64,000 nt of DNA from an uncultured delta proteobacterium (GCA_963804165.1 CAWDPO010000017.1:128001-192000), one strand, 5' to 3'; positions 20,571 to 31,251 are shown, counted from the stretch's first letter. Numbers and translations: made by a program. The notes: generated by a model not told the origin, from the letters alone.

Positions 20571-21696
20571 ATGAAGCGATTCTTGTCGTTTTCATTAAGC
20601 GCGTTGACGCTCTTCATGCTCTTTTCATGGGAAGCTGCTCCGGCTTTTTCCGCCGAAGCGGTCAATACTCAAGCATCATGGGATAAACTGGTACGCGCCG
20701 CTAAGGGCGAAAAAGAACTCACCATCTACGGCAACGTGGGCTACGAGTCGATCTTTGCCGAGTTTTCCAAGAAATTTCCCGACATCAAGCTCACCTATGT
20801 CACGGGACGAGGATCCGCGGATATCGTGCCGCGCCTGCTGAGCGAGCAGCGCGCCGGAAAGAACCTGGGAGATATTTTTTTGGCCGGTCCTAACGGGACT
20901 TACGTCATCCATCAGGCCAAGGGTCTCGATCCTTTGAAGCCAGCGTTGATGCTGCCCGAGGTTGTCGACGAATCGAAGTGGTGGCAGGGAAAACATCAGT
21001 ACGTCGATAAGGAAGGAGCTTACGTATTTACTTTCAACGGCACCTTGCGCGTCGACGTCGTAGTCAACACAAACCTGGTAAATCCAAAAGAATTAAGTTC
21101 CTATTGGGATTTGATCAATCCTAAATGGAAAGGAAAGGTCGTCGCATTTACGCAGATAACGGCTCCGCACAAGTTTTTTTTCTATCAACCGGAGCTCGGT
21201 CCAAAATTCTTAAATCAGCTTTTCGGCCAAATGGATGTTACCCCGAGCAATGACATACGGCAGATAGCGGACTGGTTGGGGGTTGGAAAGTTCGCTATCG
21301 CGTCTTTTCACTTCTCCAGGCAATCGCAATATCGGCAAGGCGCGGGAACAAGGATTGCCGATCGGCAGCTTCAGACCGGATCATTTTAAAGAAGGCGCTG
21401 CGTTGCTTACTGCGGCGGGTGCCGGCGGACTCCTCAAAGGAGCGCCGCATCCCAACGCCTCCCGTCTAGCGTTCAATTGGCTATTATCACGCGAAGGGCA
21501 GATTGCTTTTCAAAAGAACTATGCCAGGGAAACCGGAGCGGCAGATTCTTTTCGGATAGACATTCCAAAAGAGGACATCCCGGTGGAGTTTCGGCGCCAA
21601 GATGGAGTAAAGTACTTCGACGTGGACAGCGTCGAATATATCGACCCCAAGCCGGTTAGAGATTTCTACGGTAAACACTGGGGAACACGAAAATAG
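20571..21696 (+). pseudogene. ABC substrate-binding protein, paralog of 17260-18399, split by a +1 frameshift at ~21301 (possibly a sequencing error)
   Basis: atc-gCgt-ctt-ttc here vs atc-ggt-ctt-ttc in the paralog; removing one base joins ORFs 20526-21389 and 21283-21696. Confidence 0.8.
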
Positions 21697-21762
21697 CCGC
21701 CAAGAGCGCCGGGAACTGCAGATGATGGGCATCGATGCTTTCGAAATGCGAGGTAAGAGCTG

Positions 21763-22551
21763 ATGTCTGATTATGTCTTGTTCGAGCAGCGTGGCCATGT
21801 GGCGATCGTGACGATCAATCGGCCCGAGCGCATGAACGCGCTCGGCTCCGAAGTGCGCCAGGGACTCGTCGACGCGTTTCTCAAAGTGCGCCAGGAGCCG
21901 TCGATCCACGTCGCCATCGTCACCGGTGCGGGCGACAAGGCTTTTTCGGCGGGCGCGGACCTGAAGGAGCACAATGAACTGTTCCAAAAGAAATCCTATC
22001 GCGTCGGACCGGACTACGGGGCGTTGGATGAGCCGCCGCATTCGAGCACGTTGGCCATAGAAACATACAAGCCGGTCATCGCAGCGGTGAACGGTTATGC
22101 GCTGGCCGGCGGATGTGAGCTGAGCTTGGCCTGCGATATTCGTATCGCTGCGGAAAACGCCCGCTTCGGCCTGCCGGAGGCGAAGCGCGGTCGCGGCGCA
22201 AACTTCGCCACGGTGATGCTGCAATACTTGATTCCGCGCGGCATCGCGATGGAAATGCTTTTCACCGGCGAGCAGATCTCAGCGCAGGACGCGTTGCGAT
22301 TCGGCCTGGTCAATCGCGTGGTGCCATTGCCCGAGTTAATGCCGACGGCGATCGCCTTGGCGGAAAAAATCGCCGAGAACGCGCCGGTGTCGTTACGACG
22401 CATCAAAGAGCTCTCCGTGAAATCCATCGGCTCGCCGTTGTTCTTTGCGTTGAAAATGGCACCGGGACCTAGTCCGTACGAAAGCCAAGACGCGCGTGAA
22501 GGCGCTAAAGCTTTTGCCGAAAAGCGCTCGGCGAAATACAAGGGCGACTGA
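21763..22551 (+). CDS. Enoyl-CoA hydratase/isomerase family protein
   Basis: NRPERMNAL, AFSAGADL, KPVIAAVNGYALAGGCEL, FGLPE (both catalytic Glu present). Confidence 0.92.
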   Translation: MSDYVLFEQRGHVAIVTINRPERMNALGSEVRQGLVDAFLKVRQEPSIHVAIVTGAGDKAFSAGADLKEHNELFQKKSYRVGPDYGALDEPPHSSTLAIETYKPVIAAVNGYALAGGCELSLACDIRIAAENARFGLPEAKRGRGANFATVMLQYLIPRGIAMEMLFTGEQISAQDALRFGLVNRVVPLPELMPTAIALAEKIAENAPVSLRRIKELSVKSIGSPLFFALKMAPGPSPYESQDAREGAKAFAEKRSAKYKGD

Positions 22552-22650
22552 TCGAAGTTAAACGACCAACACTGGCCGTGACAAACGCTGCTGTTCACAT
22601 TCAACGTTCGTGTCTGAGGATTGGTTCTCCCTCTGAGGTTGTGTCGCAAT

Positions 22651-22771
22651 GTCATTCTGAGGAGTGGAGCGACGAAGAATCTGCTTTTTGGTTTTGTAGT
22701 TTCGGAACGCCAAACGCGATTCGACACGAGTACCGAAGAAAAGCAGATCCTTCGCTAGGGCTCAGGATGAC
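22651..22771. repeat. Palindromic intergenic element GTCATTCTGAG..GAAGAATCTGCTTT / AAAGCAGATCCTTCG..CTCAGGATGAC (second copy, inverted, at 35799-35896)
   Basis: Long terminal inverted arms; a 37-nt arm matches the 35860-35896 copy with 2 mismatches. Confidence 0.75.
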
Positions 22772-22914
22772 GCGGGCGCGATTTTTCGTATGCGAGAAGG
22801 ACAGGATGAGGGTCGCGCGGAGCAATTCGCCCCCCACCGCAGTCCTCTTCCAAAGGGAGAGGAAGTAATGCTCTTAATGAGTCATCCGACGTTATTGGTT
22901 TGCAGGAGGAATCC

Positions 22915-24087
22915 ATGAGCAATTATCCCAGAGTGGTTTTGACTGAAGAAGGCATGCGCGACGGTTTGCAAATAGAGCGCGCGGGGGTTCCGGTCGCCGA
23001 CAAGATTCGTCTGCTCGACGCGTTATCCGAAACGGGTCTGAAGGAAATCGCCGTCGGCTCCTTCGTCAGCCCGCGCTGGGTGCCGCAGATGGCCGACATT
23101 GATGAACTCGTCAAAGGATTTCATCCCAAGCCCGGCGTGACTTACACCGCCACCGCGCTAAATGATATGGGTCGCGAACGATTGCGACAATATATTCCGC
23201 CGCTATCGGACGAGAAATACCAGGCGCAGACCGCGGTCTATCTTTGCGATGTGTTCGCGCAGCGCAACATCAATCGCACTATCGCGCAGCAGATGGAGCG
23301 CTGGCCGAAAGCGATCGAGGAAGCGAAAAGAAAAGACGCCAAAGAAGCAGGCATCAGCATTAGCGCTGCCTGGGGCTCGAACTGGACGGGCGAAGTATCG
23401 CAAGAAGATCGGATGACAATGTTGGAACGACAACACCGGCTCTGGCAAGAAGCCGGGATTCTCGTAACCAAGATCGGTATCTCCGATCCGATGGGTTGGA
23501 ACATGCCGGATCAAGTCGAGCGCCAATTGGCGGCGATCAAAGAGCGCTGGCCGGCGATCAAGAGCTTCAATCTGCATCTGCACAATACCCGCGGCATGGC
23601 GCTCACGTCATCCTATGTCGCGCTCAAAAATCTCGACGCCGACGATACACTGCGCTTGCAACCGGCCATCGGCGGCATGGGTGGCTGTCCGTTTTGCGGC
23701 AACGGACGGTCGGCCGGCCTGGCGCCGACGGAAGATTTGATCCACATGATGGAAGGCATGGGCATCGAAACCGGCGTCGACCTGGAAAAGTTGATCGAAG
23801 CGGTTTGGTTGGCGGAAGAAATTGTCGGCCATCCGCTTTGGGGCCATGTTTCCAAAGGCGGGCCGCGACCGAAAGGCAAAAAACTTTATCCGATGAATAT
23901 GCCGTTCGTGGAAACTTTGGAACATGCACGTCACTTCATCAAGGGACCCGCCGCTTACGAGGGCGCGCCGTCGCCGTGGAAAGAAACCATCAAGAGCCCG
24001 CAGCGGCCGGAGACGATGAACGGCAACAGCGATTCGGCGCCGTCGGTTTCAGCCGAAGCAGTCGGCGGCCGGTGGTTGCCGTCGTAG
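22915..24087 (+). CDS. HMG-CoA lyase / citramalyl-CoA lyase-like DRE-TIM metallolyase
   Basis: MRDGLQ, GSFVSPRWVPQMAD, HLHNTRG, GG.GGCPF, TEDL; AGGAGG RBS before ATG 22915. Confidence 0.85.
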   Translation: MSNYPRVVLTEEGMRDGLQIERAGVPVADKIRLLDALSETGLKEIAVGSFVSPRWVPQMADIDELVKGFHPKPGVTYTATALNDMGRERLRQYIPPLSDEKYQAQTAVYLCDVFAQRNINRTIAQQMERWPKAIEEAKRKDAKEAGISISAAWGSNWTGEVSQEDRMTMLERQHRLWQEAGILVTKIGISDPMGWNMPDQVERQLAAIKERWPAIKSFNLHLHNTRGMALTSSYVALKNLDADDTLRLQPAIGGMGGCPFCGNGRSAGLAPTEDLIHMMEGMGIETGVDLEKLIEAVWLAEEIVGHPLWGHVSKGGPRPKGKKLYPMNMPFVETLEHARHFIKGPAAYEGAPSPWKETIKSPQRPETMNGNSDSAPSVSAEAVGGRWLPS

Positions 24088-24141
24088 CGGCGTTTTGAAC
24101 CCATCGCGTTCTAACCTCTTTCATCAATCTTAGGAGTCTCC

Positions 24142-26229
24142 GTGTCCGACCCGCGCGTCCGTTTACTCTTCGAGCCGCAATCGATTGCCATTGTCGGAGC
24201 CTCGTCGGACCTGACCAAGGCGTCAGGGCTGCCGCTGCGCAATATTATCAATTCACAATTCACCGGAAAGATTTATCCGATCAATCCACGAGTGAAGGAA
24301 ATCAGCGGACTGACGTGTTACGCCAGCGTGACCGATCTGCCGGAAGCTCCCGACGTCGCGGTGCTCATGGTCGACGCAAAGCTGACGGCGCAGATCTTGG
24401 AAGAATGCGGCAAGAAGGGCGTCAAGACCGCAATCATTGGCTCAGCCGGATTCAGCGAAGCGGGGGCGGAAGGCGCGGAGCGCCAAGCGCAGGCAAGCGA
24501 CATCGCGAAACGATACGACCTGCGGGTCTGCGGCCCCAACTGTCACGGCACGTTCAACGTTTTGAAGAACATTCCGTGCGGCTATGATCACGCGTTTGCG
24601 CTGCCGCTAAAGCCAGGGCCGGTGGCGATCGCGTCACATAGCGGCGCTTTGCTCGGTGTGCTTGGACACCGGGCCGTGCAAGCGAATCAAGGTTTTAGCT
24701 ATCTCGTCAGCAACGGCAACGAGATGGATTTGGATCTTTGCGATTTTACCGAATTCTTCCTCGAAGACCCGTCGACCAAAGTTGTCGCCGTGCTTATGGA
24801 GGGACTTAAAAATGGCCGGCGTTTTCTAGAGCTCGCCGAGCTCGCGCACGAGCTCGGCAAAACCATTGTCGTGCTCAAAGTCGGCAAGTCCGAGCGCGGC
24901 GCGATCACGACGCTAGCTCACACGGCGCGCATGGCCGGGTCGGGCGAGGTGTATGACGCCGCGTTCCGCCAATACGGCGTGATATCCACGGACACGGTGG
25001 AAACATTTTTAGGCGCGGCGCAAATGGCCGCGCATCAACCGGTGCCGCGCGGCGGTCGGATCCTCGTCATGACGTCGAGCGGCGCGGGCGCGAGCTTGAT
25101 GGCCGACAAAGCGAGCGAGTACGGCATCGAGCTGGCGGATATTTCCGACGAAGCCAAGGCGCACATCCCGCAACGACGCACGGCGATTTTAACCAATCCA
25201 TTCGATACTGCGGGCGCGTCGCGCAGCCCGGGGTTTCTTTCCAGCGTGTGCGAGGCCTTCGCCGCGGACAAGGCCAACGATTGCCTCTTGATGTATCTCG
25301 GCCCGCTCGCCGTGCGTCACGAGTATGCCCGTAACTTTGCCTCTGCGTCGGAAAAATTCAGCAAGACGGCTGCCGCCATTATCATGCTCAGCGAAGCCGA
25401 TGTGCGCGAGATTTTTCAGGCACACCATGTGCCGGTATTTGATGCTGCGACGGACGCTTGCTTCAAGACGTTGCGCGCATACATTGACCACGGCCAGTTT
25501 GTCGAGCGTCACCATGCCGCTCGGAAGAAGACTGGCGCTGCCGCGCCGGCGCGGCCGGAGGCAGCGGCCATTCTGAAGGCGCCTCAAGGATCGTCCATCC
25601 TCGCGCAGTCGGCGACTGTGAGACTGCTCCACGGTTATGGGCTAAAGTGCGCCGAAAGTGTGTCCGCAGGGACGAGCGATGAAGCAAGAACTGCGGCAAG
25701 AACTCTTGGTTATCCGGTAATGTTAAAAGCGCTGGTCCCAGATATCGCGCATCGAAGCGATGCCGGTCTCGTCAGCCGAACAATTTCCAACGACGCCGCG
25801 CTCGAAGATGCATTTGCCGCGCTGGCGGCCAATGCCCGGCCGCTGCTTCGGGGAGAGTTTGCCCTCAGCGTCGAGAAATTTGTGCCGCACGATTTTGAAG
25901 TGATTCTCGGTGTTAAGTATGACGCCACCTTCGGTCCGGTGATTCTCTGCGGCCTCGGCGGCGTCTTTACCGAAGTGCTCAAGGACTATGCGCTGCGGTT
26001 GGCGCCGCTCGCACCGATGGACGCGGAGGAGATGCTTGCGTCGCTCAAAGCGTTTCCGGTCTTGAAGAAATCCGCCGGGGGGTTGACTGCTTTGAACAAA
26101 GCCCTGTTGCAGTTATCGGATATCGCGGTCGAGCTCGAGGGTAAAATTACAGCGCTGGATATAAACCCGATCGCCTTGAGCGTGGACTCTGCGGAAATCA
26201 CCGTGCTCGATGCTAAAGTCCATCTTTGA
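24142..26229 (+). CDS. NDP-forming acyl-CoA synthetase (acetate-CoA ligase family)
   Basis: P.SIAIVGAS CoA-binding, GPNC.G, S.GNE.D, AHT phospho-His, NP.D, ATP-grasp C-terminus (GYPV.LK, FGPV..GLGG, DINP). Confidence 0.9.
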   Translation: MSDPRVRLLFEPQSIAIVGASSDLTKASGLPLRNIINSQFTGKIYPINPRVKEISGLTCYASVTDLPEAPDVAVLMVDAKLTAQILEECGKKGVKTAIIGSAGFSEAGAEGAERQAQASDIAKRYDLRVCGPNCHGTFNVLKNIPCGYDHAFALPLKPGPVAIASHSGALLGVLGHRAVQANQGFSYLVSNGNEMDLDLCDFTEFFLEDPSTKVVAVLMEGLKNGRRFLELAELAHELGKTIVVLKVGKSERGAITTLAHTARMAGSGEVYDAAFRQYGVISTDTVETFLGAAQMAAHQPVPRGGRILVMTSSGAGASLMADKASEYGIELADISDEAKAHIPQRRTAILTNPFDTAGASRSPGFLSSVCEAFAADKANDCLLMYLGPLAVRHEYARNFASASEKFSKTAAAIIMLSEADVREIFQAHHVPVFDAATDACFKTLRAYIDHGQFVERHHAARKKTGAAAPARPEAAAILKAPQGSSILAQSATVRLLHGYGLKCAESVSAGTSDEARTAARTLGYPVMLKALVPDIAHRSDAGLVSRTISNDAALEDAFAALAANARPLLRGEFALSVEKFVPHDFEVILGVKYDATFGPVILCGLGGVFTEVLKDYALRLAPLAPMDAEEMLASLKAFPVLKKSAGGLTALNKALLQLSDIAVELEGKITALDINPIALSVDSAEITVLDAKVHL

Positions 26230-26251
26230 GCACAAAGCGGAGGGTCGTTTC

Positions 26252-27307
26252 ATGGTGAACTTATTTAAGGGGTCGACATGGTGGCTGTGCCTGTCGCTGG
26301 GATGTGTAGTGACTCTGACATCCGAGGCCTTCGCCCAGAGCGAGCAGGACTTCAAGGGCAAATCCATCAGGCTCATTATTGGCACGAGCACGGGAGGCGG
26401 CGTCGATCTCTACGCCCGTCTGGTCGGTCAGTTTCTCGGCAAACATTTACCGGGCGAACCGACCATTATTCCGCAGAACATGCCCGGCGCCAGTTCTTTG
26501 GTCGCCGCTAACTTCGTTTACAATATGACTAAACCCGATGGGCTCACGTTGGGCGCATTGCAAGGCGGAGTGTTTTTCGATCAGATCCTCGGGCGCGACA
26601 CGGCAAAATTCGAGTGGTCGAAATTTACCATGATCGGCTCGCCGGAACGGCTCGAAGCCCAGCTCTATATGAGAGCGGACAGCCCGTACAAGACCCTCGA
26701 CGATATCCGGCGCGCCGTGGAACCGCCGCGCTGCGGCGGCGCGGGAACTGGCGCCACAGGCTATTTTGTCCCACGGGTTTTGGAAGAGACTCTTGGTCTC
26801 AAGTTTAAAACGGTCACCGGTTATCAAAGCGGCGGCGAGATCGATATCGCGGTGGAACGCGGCGAGCTCCACTGCCGCGCCTTCGATATCGGTAGTTTCG
26901 TGGGCCGAGAGCCGACGCGGACGTGGTTCAAAAACGGATACGTGAAGAGCCTGATTCAGACCGGACGCAAGCGCGATGCGCGGCTCGGCGACGTGCCGAC
27001 ACTTTTTGAGTTAATGGACAAGCAGAAGACTCCCGACGCCCCGCGCCGCATGGCCACGGTCGTTCTCTCGTCCGGTGGATTTGGCCGGCCGATGGTGGCG
27101 CCGCCGGGGATGTCTGCGGATCTCTCGCGCACAATTCGCGACGGCTATGCAAAAATGCTCAAAGATCCCGAGTTCATCGCCGAGGTGAAGAAGCGTCGCT
27201 ACGACCTGGAGCCGGTGTCGTGGGAAGAAATGCAGAGCCTGGCGAAGGAAGTCACCAGCCAGCCGCCGGACGTGATCGAGCGGGTGAAAAAGATATTGGA
27301 AAATTGA
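26252..27307 (+). CDS. Tripartite tricarboxylate transporter substrate-binding protein (TctC/Bug)
   Basis: GGG.D.YARL, NMPGA, PDGLT, GY..G, ERGE, DVPT. Confidence 0.85.
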   Translation: MVNLFKGSTWWLCLSLGCVVTLTSEAFAQSEQDFKGKSIRLIIGTSTGGGVDLYARLVGQFLGKHLPGEPTIIPQNMPGASSLVAANFVYNMTKPDGLTLGALQGGVFFDQILGRDTAKFEWSKFTMIGSPERLEAQLYMRADSPYKTLDDIRRAVEPPRCGGAGTGATGYFVPRVLEETLGLKFKTVTGYQSGGEIDIAVERGELHCRAFDIGSFVGREPTRTWFKNGYVKSLIQTGRKRDARLGDVPTLFELMDKQKTPDAPRRMATVVLSSGGFGRPMVAPPGMSADLSRTIRDGYAKMLKDPEFIAEVKKRRYDLEPVSWEEMQSLAKEVTSQPPDVIERVKKILEN

Positions 27308-27493
27308 GCCAGCAGCTGAAAGCATCCCTCACCTCAATCCTCTCCCAGCGGGAGGAGGTTTTGGAGGTATAAAACTGCCAGCGCCGGCTTTGAGCGGCTT
27401 CAAACTCAAGCCTCCGGCGGCCGGTGCGACTAGCCGACTCAATCTGGCGCGGACGATTGGCGCTGTCAAGTAATCGGTCGGCGGAACGATTTT

Positions 27494-28567
27494 CTACAAC
27501 ACGTGGAATGAGCGAATCTTGATAATGAGAAACACCGACATTCCTATTCGAAGGCCAAGTCTCGCGACGGCCGCAAAAGTGAGCCGGACAAAAAATTCGT
27601 CACCGGCGGAAACAGTCAACAGCGCCTCGCCGTCGAGTCGTTCCATTTTAGAAATTGTGCCAGGCAAGATATTGCCCGCTGAAATGCCTTTGGGACGTTC
27701 GGTGGCGACGAGAATATCGTCGGCGCTGACCCGAATTTGAAACTCCGGCTTTCCTGGACGCGACAAATAGGGAATGAAAAGTTCGGTGCCTGATGCAAGC
27801 CGGACTTGAGTATTTCCGGCTTCGCGGTTTGCTTGCACGAAGTTTACCGTCAAAACGTTTTCAAACTGTTCGTCGGCGAGTTGCGTGATAGCGTCGGCTG
27901 ATATCAGCGTTTCTTTCGGCACACCCGTGGCGATCAAGCGGCCTTGGCGGATCATCAATACCCAATCCGCCAAGGTTAGAACTTCGGTGAGATTGTGCGT
28001 AACGTAAATCATCGGAATGCCGAACTCGTCCCGAACGCGGGCGAGATAAGGCAGAATTCTTTCCTTGAGCGCGACGTCGAGCGCTGCCAGAGGTTCATCG
28101 AGCAAAAGCAATTGCGGTCCCGACAAGATCGCGCGCGCCAGAGCTACCCGCTGCGCCTCGCCGCCTGAAAGCCCCGTCACCGGACGATCCAAAAGTTTGT
28201 CGATTTCCAGAATTTCCAGCACATGATCCACCGCGATGCCCTTCGATGCGCGGAGGTTTTGGCTTCGGTCGCTTCCGAAAAGAATGTTCTTGCGCACGGA
28301 AAGATGGGGAAATAGGGCGCCTTCTTGCGGGACATAGCCGATACCCCGGCGCCGCGGCGGCCGATTGATGCCGCGTGCGGAGGAAAATAGAGTGTGGCCG
28401 TTGATTTCTATCTCGCCTTCGGTGATCTCGCGCAACCCGGCAATCGCGTCGAGGAGCGTTGTCTTACCAGATCCGGACGGACCGAATATTGCTGTTACGC
28501 GCGCGTCGAAGGCGAGTTCGACATCGAGCTCGAAGTGAGCGAGCGGGATGCGACATCGCAGCAACAT
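27494..28567 (-). CDS. modC: Molybdate ABC transporter ATP-binding protein
   Basis: Start ATG 28567; GPSGSGKTT, LFPHLSV, LSGGE.QRVA, YVTH, C-terminal TOBE-like domain. Confidence 0.9.
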   Translation of the reverse strand: MLLRCRIPLAHFELDVELAFDARVTAIFGPSGSGKTTLLDAIAGLREITEGEIEINGHTLFSSARGINRPPRRRGIGYVPQEGALFPHLSVRKNILFGSDRSQNLRASKGIAVDHVLEILEIDKLLDRPVTGLSGGEAQRVALARAILSGPQLLLLDEPLAALDVALKERILPYLARVRDEFGIPMIYVTHNLTEVLTLADWVLMIRQGRLIATGVPKETLISADAITQLADEQFENVLTVNFVQANREAGNTQVRLASGTELFIPYLSRPGKPEFQIRVSADDILVATERPKGISAGNILPGTISKMERLDGEALLTVSAGDEFFVRLTFAAVARLGLRIGMSVFLIIKIRSFHVL

Positions 28568-28568
28568 G

Positions 28569-29243
28569 TTAAGCCTTCTTTCCCGCGCGTAACAGCCATT
28601 CCGAGAACCATACGAACGCGAATGCGAGAAATACGGTGATTCCCAGCAAGGTGTACGCTTCGGCATCCTTGCCGGTCTGAACGAAATTGAAGATAGCCAA
28701 TGAAAGCGTCTGCGTTTGGCCGGGAATATTTCCAGCGAGCAGAATCGTCGCGCCGAACTCGCCCAGCGCGCGCGAGAAGGCGAGCAGGGCCCCGGCAATG
28801 ATGCCTTTATACGCGAGCGGCATCGTGATGACGAAGAAAATTCTCAGCGGCGAAGCGCCGAGGGTCGCGGCGATCTGTTCGAGCCGCGGATTTACTTCCG
28901 CGAATGAAGTGCGCACCGAGCGGACGAGCAGGGGAAAGGACATGACTGACATGGCGATCAGCACGCCTTTCCAGTTGAAGACGATTTCTATGCCGCGGTC
29001 GTAAAGCCACTGGCCGACCGGGCTTCGGCGGCCGAAAATTTTGAGCAGGATGAGGCCTGTCGATACCGGCGGCATGACCAACGGCAAGAGGACGACTGTT
29101 TCGACGACGCTTTTGAAGGGCCATTCCTGGCGCGCGAACAGCCAGGCGAGGGCGATGCCGACGGGGAGAATGACGAGCGTGCTGGCGAGACCGACGGCCA
29201 GGGAAAAGAGCGTGATCTGCCAGGTCTCTGGGGAAAGGTTCAC
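28569..29243 (-). CDS. modB: Molybdate ABC transporter permease
   Basis: LPLVMPP..G, FPL.VR, FSRALGEFGAT, GNIPG.TQTL. Confidence 0.93.
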   Translation of the reverse strand: MNLSPETWQITLFSLAVGLASTLVILPVGIALAWLFARQEWPFKSVVETVVLLPLVMPPVSTGLILLKIFGRRSPVGQWLYDRGIEIVFNWKGVLIAMSVMSFPLLVRSVRTSFAEVNPRLEQIAATLGASPLRIFFVITMPLAYKGIIAGALLAFSRALGEFGATILLAGNIPGQTQTLSLAIFNFVQTGKDAEAYTLLGITVFLAFAFVWFSEWLLRAGKKA

Positions 29244-29260
29244 GGGATAAAATTCGGCGC

Positions 29261-30067
29261 TTAATCGAGGACCACGAAGCCGTATTTTCGGAACGCTCCT
29301 TTGCCTGCGGAGCTTAAAATATAATTCAAAAAATCGCGCGCCGCTTCCTTCTTCTTTGACTCTTTAACGATTGCCACCGGATAGGTGATCTTTGGTCCTT
29401 TTTCGAGTGGGACTTGGAAAACAATTCGTACCTTGTTGGAAATCGCCGCATCGGTTTTATAGACAAATCCCGCTTCGACGTTGCCCGATTCCACCGCCGC
29501 GAGAGTCGCGCGCACGTCCAGCACCGGCACGACTTTGGATTTTATCTTTTCCCATAGGCCTTCCGCTGCTAGAAAGTTGGCCGTGTAAACGCCCACGGGA
29601 ACGGCCGCTGGATCCGCCAAGGCGATTTTTTTGACTTCGGCTTTCAGCAAGTCTTCGGGCGAGGCGATCGCGAGTTTAGAGTCCGCCGGAACAAGGATCA
29701 CCAACTGATTTGACAGCAGATGCTTTCGGGTGCCCGGTTCCAGCCGGCCATTCTTTTCCAGAAGATCCATCTGCGCCAGATCGGCAGAGAAAAACATGTC
29801 CGCCGGCGCGCCTTCGTCGATCTGCCGGGCCAGGAAATTGGAAGGTCCGAGCGTAAGCAGAATTTTGTGTTTGCTGTTCGCTTGGAAGTTCTTGCCGAGA
29901 TCTCTCAACACGTCCGTTAAGCTTGCTGCGGCGCAGACAAGAATCTCGTCCGCGCGGATGGCTTGCGGCGCTCCCAGAAGGAAGCAAAGAGTCAAGCATA
30001 ACACAGTCGATCTTTGTCGAATCCAAATGAATGGTTTCATCTCCCGCGAATTTGGTTTCTGCTTCAT
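29261..30067 (-). CDS. modA: Molybdate-binding periplasmic protein
   Basis: AAASL, LARQI..GAPAD.F.SA, DP..VPVG.Y, GFVYKTDA, I.YP. Confidence 0.92.
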   Translation of the reverse strand: MKQKPNSREMKPFIWIRQRSTVLCLTLCFLLGAPQAIRADEILVCAAASLTDVLRDLGKNFQANSKHKILLTLGPSNFLARQIDEGAPADMFFSADLAQMDLLEKNGRLEPGTRKHLLSNQLVILVPADSKLAIASPEDLLKAEVKKIALADPAAVPVGVYTANFLAAEGLWEKIKSKVVPVLDVRATLAAVESGNVEAGFVYKTDAAISNKVRIVFQVPLEKGPKITYPVAIVKESKKKEAARDFLNYILSSAGKGAFRKYGFVVLD

Positions 30068-30093
30068 AGTTTCAGGGACGGACTAAGTCGCAG

Positions 30094-31251
30094 TCAATTC
30101 GCTATCTCGATAATCTTGCCGCTCTCGCGCGTATCGTAACCGCCCAAGGCTTCGATCTCGTCTCTGAACGGTTTAGTGGCGATCAAATCGAGCAGAACTC
30201 GCAGCCCCGAAAGTGTTTCGTAATAGGTTTTTGGAATGATCAGATCATAGCGCTCCCGCTGCAGTGGCACGAAATCGATGCCAAAGATCGAGGCTGCGGC
30301 GCGCACGCCGATCCCGACATCCGCGAGTCCTGCTTTCACCCGTGACGCCACTTCGAGATGAGACGATGCTTCCTGGTCAAAGCCCTTAACGCACGTCGTC
30401 GGTATTGCCGACGACTCAAGTTGGCGGTCGAGCAGGCGACGCGCCCCCGAGCCCTTTTCTCGATTGATAAATCTGACGGTTGGACGCGCCAGATCCGTGA
30501 TGCGGCGAATACTTTTGGGATTGCCTTGGGCCACAATCAGACCTTCCTCCCAATGGGCGAAGGTGACGATCATGCAGTCCATGCCGCCGAGACTGCGCTT
30601 CAGATCGGGAATCTTCCATGCACCGGATCGCTCTTCGGCCAAATGGACGCCCGCCACATGAATTTCTCCACGTTTCAATGCACCGAGGGCAAGAGTGCTC
30701 CCCATGACGCGCGGAGCCAGTTGGTTGTCATCGATCCTGCTCAGATGCGCCGCGGCGAGAAACATCGCCGGATCGCAGCCGCCAACGACGACTTTGCGCC
30801 GGACTGACTCTCGGTCGACGAGCAGTTTTACTTTAACTCGCTTTTTCTTTGAATCACCGGAGGCAACGATTCCGTCGGCGGCGCCGTTCAAACTTGTCAG
30901 CTCGCCCCAACCATCGAGTGGTTGAACCAACAAACGATCGCCGATCTGAGTGAGTTGTACGCGCGCTGGGCTGGGTCCGCTCGGCAATCGGCCCAAGAGA
31001 TCGCCCTCTACAATCTCGCCGCTGCTTCTTATGCTGAACAAGTCCTCGACCCGACAACGCAGCGCCCGAGCCAAATGCAAAGCGACCGATGTGGCCGGTG
31101 AATACTGACTCGCCTCGACTGCACAAACCGCCTGGCGCGTGATACCCGCCATGTCGGCAAGTTTTTTCTGCGAAAGGCTCGCGGACTGGCGCCTATCGCG
31201 CAATCGATTCTCGTATTCCGGCAGGTTTTGTGGTTTTTGCTCGGATGCCAT
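30094..31251 (-). CDS. XRE-HTH plus PBP (molybdate/tungstate-sensing-type) transcriptional regulator
   Basis: N-terminal LSQKKLADMAGITRQAV..E..Y.P HTH; C-terminal PBP_like (GCDP, GS..ALGAL, AG.H, GNPK, NRE.GSG.R, H..VA, ERYD); start ATG 31251 or TTG 31284. Confidence 0.85.
   Translation of the reverse strand: MASEQKPQNLPEYENRLRDRRQSASLSQKKLADMAGITRQAVCAVEASQYSPATSVALHLARALRCRVEDLFSIRSSGEIVEGDLLGRLPSGPSPARVQLTQIGDRLLVQPLDGWGELTSLNGAADGIVASGDSKKKRVKVKLLVDRESVRRKVVVGGCDPAMFLAAAHLSRIDDNQLAPRVMGSTLALGALKRGEIHVAGVHLAEERSGAWKIPDLKRSLGGMDCMIVTFAHWEEGLIVAQGNPKSIRRITDLARPTVRFINREKGSGARRLLDRQLESSAIPTTCVKGFDQEASSHLEVASRVKAGLADVGIGVRAAASIFGIDFVPLQRERYDLIIPKTYYETLSGLRVLLDLIATKPFRDEIEALGGYDTRESGKIIEIAN

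Noticed and set aside
22578-22868. Small ORFs at 22578-22868 and 35637-35900 sharing CHSEE.SDEESA
   Set aside because: The similarity comes from the shared palindromic DNA element, not from a protein family.
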